A DNA stretch of 64,000 nt from Coniocarpon cinnabarinum (lineage: Eukaryota): the NCBI GenBank assembly GCA_051942205.1, contig JAVECO010000055.1, positions 1 to 64,000 of the forward strand. Direction: 5' to 3'. A model generated the notes under the pieces. The model was not told the DNA's origin, searched no databases, and worked only from the letters and a program-made list of their open reading frames with translations. Made by a program: the position numbers and the translations under genes. Shown piece by piece: positions 47,593 through 57,938 of this stretch. The stretch's first letter is position 1. Each line of letters opens with the position of its first letter.

Positions 47593-48906
47593 TCAACGCG
47601 TTGCTGGCTCTTCGCGGTCGGAGAGCTGAACACTAATGTCTCGTTGCATCAACACCGAATCCGCCTTACCACGACCGCCCTGCAACCCCAAACCAGTCTC
47701 AGGATCAATAGCGCCCTCAGCTCTGGTGCTAGACCTCCAGTATTTGCGGCTGAAGCCATCTTCACGTCCATGCAGCGGTATCTCGCTATCACTACTGTTC
47801 CCGCCAATGAGTCTGCTCCTGCGTCGCGGATCACGCCCGTCGTGCAAATTGCAATGAAATGGATCGTCGCGTGAGTCGCTCTTGCACAAGGTATTTCGGA
47901 GCCAAGCAGAGGCGTTCTTAAACAACGGCTTCAAGACTGCGCCGCAAGCTACAATGATCGCAAGGCTCGGCTCAATGACACTCCACAGCCATATCCTGCA
48001 TGCTTCGTAATTGAAGTCGGCACCTGGACCTAGATTGAGGTCCGAAAGAAACTTGATTCGCAAGATTGCCGCGAGGACAACACTGTCAGGAGTCGTCAGC
48101 ACGCGAGTGGCGCTGGGACGAGAGAAGGAGACTGACACGTGACCCAGTCCGAACAAGTAGCTGAGACCAATCTTCGAGAGGGTGCTGACATGTAGATGCC
48201 ATATCATGCGCATTGGCAGCACAATAATGGCAAGATCCCCAGCGATGTCAAGAGCAGCGACAGTAATGTATGTTGAGTTCTGAGCAACACACGACCCAGC
48301 TTTCGGATCGTTCCAGTTGTTAGAAAAAGGTCGGCAGAGAAGTGCACCGACCAAGATGGTCATCAGTGTCCAGGCGGCGCAATAGCCGAGCACAATGTAC
48401 GCTCAGAGGGTGTTAGTCCAAACTACACTGATACACGAACCCGTCACAGGAACAACCTCACCGGCTATCCTGAAAGGGCGCGATATCGTAAAAACGCGAA
48501 GGAGCAAGCAGCACAAAGACATTTTGACGAATCCCAATGACGTCCCGAACGTAAATTGCGCTCCAGCAAGTACCTGTTCTCCTTTATTAGAGCTGAGTTG
48601 GGCCGAAGAAAACAATCTGCTTCTGACCTTGGCAAGCATAATGACATTGCGGGGTTGCACATCGCCCATGTGCCGCCCAATGCCGCCATTGAAAACGGCC
48701 ACAAAGGTCAGACTGATGTGGCCATACAGCGCAGCCAGGGCCGCTACGACCAGCCAGTCGTCCCAACTATAACCAGCTTTGCAGATTCGTCTCGAAATAA
48801 ACCGACCAACGACCGAGAACGTTGCAATGACTGTGAGAATAATTGTGGCGACAACAAGATTGACAGAGCCCTGGTTGTCAAGGGATAAAGGAGGTGGCAT
48901 AGACAT
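47593..48906 (-). CDS. PTH11-like integral membrane protein without CFEM; introns 48574-48627, 48402-48461, 48083-48136
   Basis: RFISR...WDDWL, GIGRH, VKMSLCCLLLRVF, CRPFSNNW, DLAIIVLPMRMIWHL, WSVIEPSLAIIVAC..LKPL. Confidence 0.88.
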
Positions 48907-50485
48907 TTCAAATGTGTGGACCAGGCTCGTTCCGAGACATGTGACTGACACTCAGCACGGCTGCATAAGCCATGCAGTTGACCTCTATAAGCAGATGATG
49001 GTACCTTTAAAGTACCTGCAACATCCTCTAATAGAGGTGAACCGCCTCGAGCGGGAGGTCATGAAGATGTACAGGGCTTGTAAGACGGCGCGTATAGCAA
49101 AAGTCAAAACGACCCACGGTTTTCACTCAGCCGTTGGAGTGTCGGAGCAAGTGACCGCATCTGTGCCAGTCGGCACCATGCTTGCCGACGATTGATTGAA
49201 GGTGCCTGCGCCAATTCAAAGCGTCAAGACGGCATAGAACGTCGTGCAAAAGGCCCCGGCTTACGGGCCGAAGTGCAGGACAGATGGGCATCGAGTATGC
49301 CTTGCTGAATCTCCGCACAGCTCCTGCACGGGCTGGCCGGCGATGTGACTGCTTATCAAGCATGCAATGAGAGAGACTTGAGCATTTCCGTGTATAGGCA
49401 TCGAAGTTGGCCGAATCCAGTAATCGATGGTTTCGACCCTTGGTATAATGAGAGGACGTGAAGACGCTCTGCTGAAGCGATGGCAGAGTGCACTCATGAG
49501 TCGCTAGCGCCCCACACGCGTGGGACTTGGTATCCAATGGGAAAGTCCCCGCTAGCTCGCTTCTGGACCGTGGTTGGTACATTCACTCACTGACAGCACT
49601 CATTACCTCACATTAGAAGACAGCAACGTGACGTGTAGAAGGACACCCTACTATCAGCTTGTCCAAGCCCAACAGATCCTGCAACCTCGGCCCCGCATCC
49701 ACGTGCGAGTATGATCAGCCCGGCACGGGGCAACGTCGTCGAGCGGCCCCGAATCTCGCCATTGCAGACGCTTGCAGCTCACCTTCCCGCTTGATTCTTG
49801 TCCTGTCTCAGTTGGCGGCCCGGAGTGAGTCCTGGTCACGTACGGCTTTTCCACATGACGGGGACGCTTTCGTTGCCACATGAGTGGGTGAGCGCAGCGC
49901 ACTTGTCATCATACGTGACGGCTTTCTTAGCGCCGCAAGTAGTTCCTCCCTCCGGTATAGTGACTCGGAGGTTTTACTTAGTTTAGACGCTATTGTAATG
50001 ATGTAGACGTAGACTTTGGATATGTGAATGTATAGAAACAATGTTGATATATAGACAAGTCACGGTACTGAAACGAAGAGATGCTTTCTTATTATCATTC
50101 AGCGTTTAATGAATTGAAGGTGGCCTCTCTTCAATGCAACTTCATTGCAAACCTTGCAATGAAAATGCGGCGGTTTGTCCCTCGGCGGTGTTGCGGACCT
50201 CGACGTATGCATGGGACTACTGGGGGACAGCGTGACATGGCAACCCTTACCTGACCCCTGAATTTAAGAGGCAGTGTTGATGTATGCAACGATCGTCGGC
50301 GGGGGTCACACGACACCCCATGATAGTCGGGATCGAGAATCCAACCACAGGAGACACCAAGATACACTGAACATAGTCTAAACGACATATTCATTTCAAC
50401 GTTGAAGACATCACTTTTCATCTATTCTTTATTCACATCACCGCATCCATCACCACATCCCCCGGCCCTGGATTCTTATCAACTT

Positions 50486-53400
50486 CTACAACTTCACAAG
50501 CCTCAACAGCCAAGTGGCTTTCTGCACCTCCTGCTCCTCGGCAGCAATCACACCCCCTTCCGCCACTCCCTCAGAAACATGCGTAACAACCCTCCGATCC
50601 ATCGGCCTTCTAAACGCCCGCTCCATCATCGCCTTCTGACTCTCAAACACGCCCTCAAGTCCTACATCCTCTGGATCCGTCAGGACGGTATATTCCATCC
50701 TTACATCATCCGTGGGCACCAGCCCTGCCTTTTTCCGGAGTCGCTGGACCCGGTTGATAATCTCGCGGGCTAGTCCTTCGGTGTGGAGTTCGGGGTATAA
50801 TGCGGTATCCAGAATCGTCAGGACGTCATCGTCTGTGTTACTCTCCAGATTCTGCGCAGTCTCTGAGTCCGGTACACCGCGTTTCACGATGAGGTCCTCT
50901 CCCGTTAATGGAATGCCATCGACTGTAATCTTCTGCTCCGCGGTAAATTTCTTGACATCCTCACTCGTCAGCGAAGGCAGAGCCTTCTTCACCCTTTGTG
51001 CATCTTTCTTCAGCTTCTTGCCGAGCGTCGGCCAATCGGCAGAAACAAAGTATCTTACACCGTACGTTTCCTCGTCAGATGTAAGAACGAGATCACGCAC
51101 GTTGAGTTCTTCAAGGACGTAGGACTCCAGGCTGCGGACGTCTTCGAGGTATTCAGTGGCAGGATGAATGACGACGAGGGATTTGAGCGGGGTTTTGAGG
51201 CCGATGGTCCTGCGTTCGCGGGAGGTGCGCGCCAACTCGATAACGGATTGCATACGGCTTACTCTCCGTTCGATGACGGGGTCGAAGAGGGAGGAGCGGA
51301 CGGTAGGGTAGGGGAGGAAGTGGACGGAGCGGTGGTCGGCTGGTAGTATGGACTTTGGAAGATGCGGGAGGAGACGGAGATAGATGGTGTCTGTGATGAA
51401 AGGCGTGAAGGGCGCGAGACCACGTGCGAGGGTGAAGAGGACTTCGCAGAGGGTGTTAAGAGCGTGGAGGGTATCCGCGATGCCGTACGCGCCTTTTAGA
51501 CGGGGCCGGTTGAAGCGAATGTACCAGTTCGTGGTGTTATCGATGAGGCCGATAAGGCGGGGCACGACAGTGTAGAGACGGTAGGCTGCCATTTCGTCGT
51601 GCACGAATTGGAGGAGCGACTGAGCGGAGGCAAGGATCCAGCGGTCCATGACGTTTTCGTTGGATGCGCCAGCGTCGGGATCAAAGGTGTAGTCGCGGTT
51701 TTCCACTTTCTTGAGCAGCGCTACTTGCTGCTCAAAGAATTTGTAGCTATTCCAGAGGGGTAGCAAGACTTTCGCGACAATCTCGCGGACGCCGGCTTCT
51801 TTGAAGCGGAGTGTCTCCGCGCGCACGACGGGGCTGTTGATGAGGTATAAGCGGAGCGCGTCGGAGCCATAGGTGTCCATCACATGGGTGGGGTCAGGGT
51901 AATTCTTGAGGCGTTTGGACATCTTCTTGCCGTCTTCAGCCAGCACGATACCAGTGACGACGCAGTTTTGGAAGGGTATGTGACCGAAGAGGTGGGTCCC
52001 GAGGACGCAGAGTGTGTAGAACCAACCACGCGTCTGGTCGACACCTTCAGAGATGAAGTCGCCCGGGAAAGAGGCTTTGAACTTTTCAGAATTCTCAAAG
52101 GGATAATGTGAAGAAGCGTAGGGCATGGAGCCAGACTCGAACCAGCAGTCGAAGACTTCTTCGATACGTCGCAGCTGGCCGTTGCCTTTCTTTGATGGTA
52201 TAGTGATCGAGTCGACTGTGTCTCGATGCAGGTCGCTCAGATCTCCCTGGTAGCCAGACAGGTCCTTCAACTCCGCTACAGAACCAACACATACAATTTC
52301 AGAAAAGTCCTCTGATACCCACAGGGGAATGGGCGTGCCCCAGAATCGATTTCTGGACACGTTCCAGTCACGGGCATTGGCGATCCAGGAGCCGAATCGT
52401 TTGTCCTTGACGAATGATGGTACCCAGTGCGACTTTTCAATGCTTTCAAGCATCTGAGGGATGATGGGTGGGATTTTCACAAACCACGTGGATACTGCGC
52501 GGTACAGCAGAGGCGTATCGGACCGCCAGCAGAAGGGATAGCTGTGCATGAGCTGACTGTCGACAATGAGGCGACCTCGCTCTTTGAGATTCTTGATAAT
52601 GTTCTTGTCTGCAGTCTTCACGTACTGTCCAGCGAAGTCTCGAACTTCTGAGTTGAAGCAACCACTGTCATCCACAGGCGTGGGTGGTAGACGCTTATCA
52701 CTGATGACGCCCGCCTTGAGAGCGACGTTGTAGTCTTCTTCACCATATGCCGGCGCTTGATGCACAATGCCTACACCACTTTCCGCAGTGACATACTCTG
52801 CATTTAGTACGCGGAACCCGTGGTCTTTAAACTGCTCGTAGAAATAGTCAAACAGAGGCTCATATTTCCAACCCAGCATATGGCTGCCCTTGAACCTGTC
52901 CAGTATCTTGAACTTGGCCTTTTTCGGGTCCTTATACACTGTTTTCAGTAGCGCTTCGAGCAGAATGTAGTTCTTACCCGAAGCTTCATCGTGAATCTTG
53001 ATGTACTCAAAGTCAGGATGTGCACATAGACCCGTATGCGAGGGCAAAGTCCATGGCGTCGTCGTCCACGCGAGCAGACATGTTTGTGGGTCATCGAGGA
53101 GGGGAAAAGTGACTACAACGGCAGGATCTTGGACATCTTTGTAGTTTTGTTGCGATTCGAAGTTACTAAGAGGAGTACTGAGAGCGGTGGAATATGGCAT
53201 GACTTTGTAGCCGCGGTACACGACGTCTTTATCGAAGAGCTGCTTGAACACCCACCAACATGACTCCATGAAGGATGTGTTCATGGTTTTGTAGTCGTTG
53301 TCAAAGTCGATCCAGCGGCCGAGCCGGTCAATAGTGTGGCGCCACTCCGTCGCATATTGCATAACGATAGCCCTGCACTCTTCATTGTATTTGGCGATCC

Positions 53401-53716
53401 CTAGCTTCTCAACTGCGTTCTTCCCCGACATGCCCAGCTTCTTGTCAATTTCATACTCAATCGGCAAGCCATGTGTGTCCCAGCCGAACCGTCGCTCCAC
53501 ATAGCGACCATTCATTGACCAGTATCTCGGTATGATGTCCTTGATTGTGGAGGCCAGCAAATGGCCATAGTGGGGGAGACCTGTCGCAAAGGGTGGCCCA
53601 TCGTAAAAGGTGTATGGTCTCTGACCTTTGGTGATTTCAATCTGCCGTTCGAACGCGCCGATCTCTTTCCATCGCTTCAGCACCGTCTCCTCCTCTTGCG
53701 GGAAGTTGATGGACAT
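50486..53716 (-). CDS. ILS1: Cytosolic isoleucyl-tRNA synthetase
   Basis: 1076 aa; FYDGPPFATGLPHYGH (HIGH-like), WTTTPWTLP, DWNVSRNRFWG, KMSKR, EGLAREIINRVQRLRKK. Confidence 0.97.
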   Translation of the reverse strand: MSINFPQEEETVLKRWKEIGAFERQIEITKGQRPYTFYDGPPFATGLPHYGHLLASTIKDIIPRYWSMNGRYVERRFGWDTHGLPIEYEIDKKLGMSGKNAVEKLGIAKYNEECRAIVMQYATEWRHTIDRLGRWIDFDNDYKTMNTSFMESCWWVFKQLFDKDVVYRGYKVMPYSTALSTPLSNFESQQNYKDVQDPAVVVTFPLLDDPQTCLLAWTTTPWTLPSHTGLCAHPDFEYIKIHDEASGKNYILLEALLKTVYKDPKKAKFKILDRFKGSHMLGWKYEPLFDYFYEQFKDHGFRVLNAEYVTAESGVGIVHQAPAYGEEDYNVALKAGVISDKRLPPTPVDDSGCFNSEVRDFAGQYVKTADKNIIKNLKERGRLIVDSQLMHSYPFCWRSDTPLLYRAVSTWFVKIPPIIPQMLESIEKSHWVPSFVKDKRFGSWIANARDWNVSRNRFWGTPIPLWVSEDFSEIVCVGSVAELKDLSGYQGDLSDLHRDTVDSITIPSKKGNGQLRRIEEVFDCWFESGSMPYASSHYPFENSEKFKASFPGDFISEGVDQTRGWFYTLCVLGTHLFGHIPFQNCVVTGIVLAEDGKKMSKRLKNYPDPTHVMDTYGSDALRLYLINSPVVRAETLRFKEAGVREIVAKVLLPLWNSYKFFEQQVALLKKVENRDYTFDPDAGASNENVMDRWILASAQSLLQFVHDEMAAYRLYTVVPRLIGLIDNTTNWYIRFNRPRLKGAYGIADTLHALNTLCEVLFTLARGLAPFTPFITDTIYLRLLPHLPKSILPADHRSVHFLPYPTVRSSLFDPVIERRVSRMQSVIELARTSRERRTIGLKTPLKSLVVIHPATEYLEDVRSLESYVLEELNVRDLVLTSDEETYGVRYFVSADWPTLGKKLKKDAQRVKKALPSLTSEDVKKFTAEQKITVDGIPLTGEDLIVKRGVPDSETAQNLESNTDDDVLTILDTALYPELHTEGLAREIINRVQRLRKKAGLVPTDDVRMEYTVLTDPEDVGLEGVFESQKAMMERAFRRPMDRRVVTHVSEGVAEGGVIAAEEQEVQKATWLLRLVKL

Positions 53717-53808
53717 GATGTGGCCTCCTCGGCAAAAGTTGGCTGTGGTACTGTATGCTTGGCTGTCACGTTTCCATCACCAAAAAGCGCACTTGTGTAT
53801 CAGCACAA

Positions 53809-53815
53809 TGAGTCA
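53809..53815. promoter_or_regulatory. Gcn4/CpcA response element upstream of ILS1
   Basis: Perfect TGAGTCA 93 bp upstream of the ILS1 ATG, with an adjacent near-match AGACTCAT (53819-53826). Yeast ILS1 is an established Gcn4 target. Confidence 0.7.
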
Positions 53816-54514
53816 ACGAGACTCATGAGGACTACGCAGCAGTTTACACGTGCATTCTCGGATTACAGAGCGCGCAAATTAGTGAGCCTACAGGCGACTT
53901 CCTGCAAATTTTGAAGCATGCGGTTGAGACTGGGGCGTTTGAGGGACCTTTCGCGTCAACTCGAGATATCAAAATTATTTGGGATGAGAACGAAATTACT
54001 ACATTAGGAGTATCGATATGCGACTTGCATCATCACGCTAAATCTCTAGCTCCGTCTTGCGCGACCACAACAGCCATCCTCCATTATTTTATCCGACCAT
54101 CGTAACAAACATAGCAGGTTATGCAGTGAACATTCAGGCAACCAGTGGGATCGACATTGCTGTAGCGGGGCAGCACAGCCCATAAGCAGTCACGACTCAT
54201 AAATTCCGCTGCCTATCGTCCACCAACTAATCAACCAATCTCACACCCTAATCCAAAACGCGGCAGCCTGTGCGAGCCTCGCAAGCTCAACTTTTCCTGC
54301 ACTGCCATCAAGCCCGCGTCCCGCAATGATCCCCAAGCTGTGCCGTTGGCCAAACACTTGCTCCGCAACATTCGGGTCTTGTAATCTTCCATAGTCTGAC
54401 GTAGGCAGCACAAATACTTATACATACCCCTGTCCCACGTGTCTCTATTCTCTAGTTTTTCTTTGCTAATTCTATCATGCCTAGTTCTATGCGTTAGAAG
54501 GAACAGGAATAACT

Positions 54515-55018
54515 ATGTTGGATCCCATCTCTGCTTCATTACTCTATCTTTACTTAAGACATAGACATAAGGCTAAACTCAGAAAAAGAGAGCAAGAGGC
54601 ACTCGAAGCAGCGCGGGAGTTGCATCCGGAGTGGTTCTTAGACACCTCTCAGTGTAGTTCAGTGGCCAGCTCATCGCCTGTGTCTGCCATTAGTTCAAGC
54701 CCAAGCGAACTCGATGACCATAGCCCACGTTTGACGTTGGAACTACCCGGTTACGACATCAAAGAACTAGACACCCCCATACTGGCCGAGAAAGACGGGG
54801 AAGCATTAGACGTAACGACACCGCTGGTGGAAGCAGACGGCTCTGAAATATTCGAGATCGATGCTCCAGACAATATGTCCAAGAAGATAGAACATGAGAG
54901 TATGAGGAATAAAGAGTCGCCTCGATTCGAGTGTATTGGCGAGTTTTCCGTATCTCCAACAACTATCCATATTCAGACACATTCTTCAACTCCCTCAGAT
55001 TCTCCATCAGATGAGTGA
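54515..55018 (+). CDS. Hypothetical small protein with N-terminal hydrophobic/basic segment and acidic E-L-[DP] motifs
   Basis: ATG-initiated 167-aa ORF with coherent composition (SELDD, LELPG, KELDT, VEADG, FEIDA). Confidence 0.55.
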   Translation: MLDPISASLLYLYLRHRHKAKLRKREQEALEAARELHPEWFLDTSQCSSVASSSPVSAISSSPSELDDHSPRLTLELPGYDIKELDTPILAEKDGEALDVTTPLVEADGSEIFEIDAPDNMSKKIEHESMRNKESPRFECIGEFSVSPTTIHIQTHSSTPSDSPSDE

Positions 55019-55054
55019 TTCAGCACTGCGAATGTATCCACAAGTACACTTCCG

Positions 55055-56664
55055 TCATCGCGGCAGTCTCAATGGTGGAGGCATGTTCGCGCTCATCTCA
55101 CTCACGCCACTCACGCCCGTCATGCGATTTGATTGCATCGATGGCATCGATGGCACCGTCGATGAAGCATTCCGCGGCGCCATCTGAGCGTCCAACTCGT
55201 GCATCTCAATCGGCCTAGTTCCAACACCAGCTCCCACACCATTACCAGCACCAGCACCAACACCAGTCCCGATCCCAAACCCACCGCCCGTTCCACCACC
55301 AACACCAGTACCCGGTCTCACACCCGTCAAAGGCCGACCCATCCCGTCGTGGGAAACACGATACGGCTCAAACTTCATAGAAAGCGGATAAGCCGGCGAC
55401 GGCTCGAAGCGATTCGCCGAAGCCTCAACAGCATCCAGTTCACTCTTCTCAAATCGCTGACCCGACTCATTCCCCTTTGGACCGTTCCCTTCTTCAGACC
55501 TCGTCGATGTGCCATGTTGGCTAGGCGAGTCCCCGTGGTGGCCGGCCGAGGCGCCTTGAGTGGGTGACGTCCATGTCGAAGCCGTGGTCGACGCTTGTGC
55601 ATTCGTCGCTGATTCATCACGACGAGTCCTCCATCGTTTGTAGATGAGCCACCCAATGAGAGACAGTAACGCAACGCCCAGAGACGCACCGACCGCCGCG
55701 CCAATAACGGCAGACGTATTGCTCGAGTTGTGAGAATTGTTGGAGACGGCGCCACCACCCGACGAAGAGTTCGAAGACGAGGGTGAAGGAGAGGGTCCAG
55801 AAGAAGGGGAATAATCACTCGGTAATGGCGGCTGGGGATCGTATTTATTAGCGACGTCTGCGATTTTGGAAAGATAGCCTGGTGCCAGATCTTCGGTGGG
55901 ACAACCGGTTCCGCAGGGGTCAGAGAGGCAACAACCCAGAAAGGAGGGAGAGATGCATGAGTGCCACTATTAAAGTGTCAGTATTATGGAGCATGTCGAG
56001 AACTCGTCGTCGCTCTGGCATTACACGGCGCTTGACGTATACATGGAGGAATGAATGAATAAATGAGTTGTTGAAGGAATGGAGGGATGGATGAATGAAT
56101 AAATGAATGAATAAATGGATGAGTGAATGATTAAACGGATGAGTTAATGAATAAATGGATGGATGGATGAACATGAAACTCACCAGTCCAGCACCACATC
56201 TCTGATCCGGCACACTCTCCTGCCCATAATACGACGTATCGAATGCAGCAAATTGCAAAGCGCCAGCCGAACAGCCACCTCCCGCACAAGCATCTGCAGC
56301 ATTTCATCAGCCTCACGACCCTCATTTTTCATGACCCTCGTAGATTCCCATTCCCATTCCCCATCCTTCAATAACACCCCTCGATTCTATTGCTTAAAGT
56401 GACGCAGCAGCTCGATGTGAAAGGGGTTGAATGGCAAAGAGGTGAGTATGTGGGAACGCGGAGATGGGTCTCGCAAATAACATATGTGACAACATAGGTA
56501 TGTGACGAGGTAGATATGTGACAAGGTTTGTATGGTAGGAGCACGAAGACGAACGCACCATTCTCGCAGCATCCGACGAAGAAAGGACTCGTGCCGCAGG
56601 CGTACCACGTCCCGCCCTGGGGACAATAAGGATCAAAGACCGGGAAACTAGTCCGATCACCCAT
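55055..56664 (-). CDS. Single-pass membrane protein with two Cys-rich repeats, Ser-rich stalk and cytoplasmic tail; introns 56294-56558 and 55967-56183
   Basis: Spliced MGDRT..CPQGGTWYACG..FVGCCEN|DACAGGGC...CGAGL|WHSC..FLGCCLSDPCGTGC; S/P-rich linker; TM AVIGAAVGASLGVALLSLIGWLIY then KRWR; open frame to the stop at 55055. Confidence 0.78.
56049..56170. repeat. Imperfect (GAAT/GGAT/AAAT)n tetranucleotide microsatellite in an intron
   Basis: Directly visible runs such as atgaatgaataaatga...ggatggatggatga. Confidence 0.85.
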
Positions 56665-57938
56665 GCTGTGCAAGTGTTGTTGTTTCGTGGTTATGTTTCG
56701 TGGTTATTAGTGCTACGACTGAGTAGACGGACAGCGCTCGTTATGAGATGGGGGGTCGGTTGGAGGCCGTGCGTGCTTCAGGTAGGCTGTGCTGGGTCAG
56801 ATTCCAGGGGGGATGAAGTGATGAGATGGTCAAGACGAGAGGAGTAGGTGATGAGATGGAGGAAGTGGGTGATGAGATGGGAATGGGTGAGATAGAGAGA
56901 TGGGAATGGGATAGGAGGAAACGATCAAAGCTGGATGAAAGGTAGGATGGACAACGATGACAATGGAGGAGCTGTGCGAGTATGCACGGTCAGATGAATT
57001 ACTGACATGACGCCATGTGCGTTAAGCAAACAGTGTAATACTACACCCAGCACGACAATCGACGCCGAAACAAAAGTCAGGCCTGTGCAACGACGTCGTT
57101 GAGCCTCTCGCACTCCACCTCTACTGAAAGGTGTGACGCACGGCAAACGACGCCGATACAGCACAGGCTGATTTCAGGAAAGGGTTGGAGAAAGTGTTTC
57201 ACGACTGGTCACTGCATCGTTCATGCGGCACATGTGCGTCGCCTCTGCGTCCTCTCGCATGAGACTCGCATAAGACATGAACGATGTCATGGGTCAGAGA
57301 CGAGATTGTATTTGTCAAATACTCGTGGCTTTTTTGGGATAATGGGTTCTGTGACTCCTTCTTTGAGGGGGGATGTAAACGGGATCGAATGCCCGGCGAG
57401 TCGTGTGGACGAATCAATTATCTTGCCAATACACAGCCTATCAAACACCAGTCTGCCGTTTGCGGTGTGGTGAGAGATGGTGAAGTGCTCATGTTGATGA
57501 CGCGCTTCGACGTGTACATTCACCCACATGTCTTTGATAATCATCGGAGAGTTGAGGGGCAGAGGTGGCACGACGATGGAAGAGGTCATCCAATCTTCTG
57601 CCACGGCTTCTCTTGCTCCCGCGGCAGTTTGAGCATTGTACGGTTCGAGCATTTTGATGTTGCATGAGTCTGCACGAGTCCGTCGTTGGGGGATGGAGAC
57701 CGGCCTTCCAGGCCTAAAAGGTTGAGGTCGATGCAGACGTGAGATAGAACATGATGGTCACAGAACGCTGGAGCAGGTCCAACGCAAATGTGGCACCATT
57801 TCTCGAACCGCGAGCGAAGCCCATAATGCCTTCGGAGGTGGTGAAACGCGAAAATTCTAGAAATACAACGACTCAAAGTCGTGGGCATTGGAGATGGTCA
57901 GCACAACGACTCTACCGGAGACAAACTCACACATCGCC

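Noticed and set aside
49539..49551. GGGAAAGTCCCCG resembles the RNase MRP RNA CR-I motif
   Set aside because: No complementary CR-V (GGGGCT..) was found in the following ~450 nt, so the P4 helix cannot be built.
49949..49971. tccggtatagtg resembles a tRNA 5' end
   Set aside because: It forms only a short hairpin; there is no T-loop GTTCRA or cloverleaf.
55920..56258. ORF with HPSI/HSFI/HLFI repeats
   Set aside because: Read-through of exon 2 into an intronic tetranucleotide microsatellite.
56818..56880. GTGATGA copies as C/D snoRNA C boxes
   Set aside because: Part of a purine-rich repeat with no suitably placed CTGA D box or terminal stem.
57000..57900. Overlapping 70-130 aa ORFs between the Cys-repeat gene and CRD1
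   Set aside because: No recognisable motif or consistent exon structure; more likely promoter and UTR sequence.
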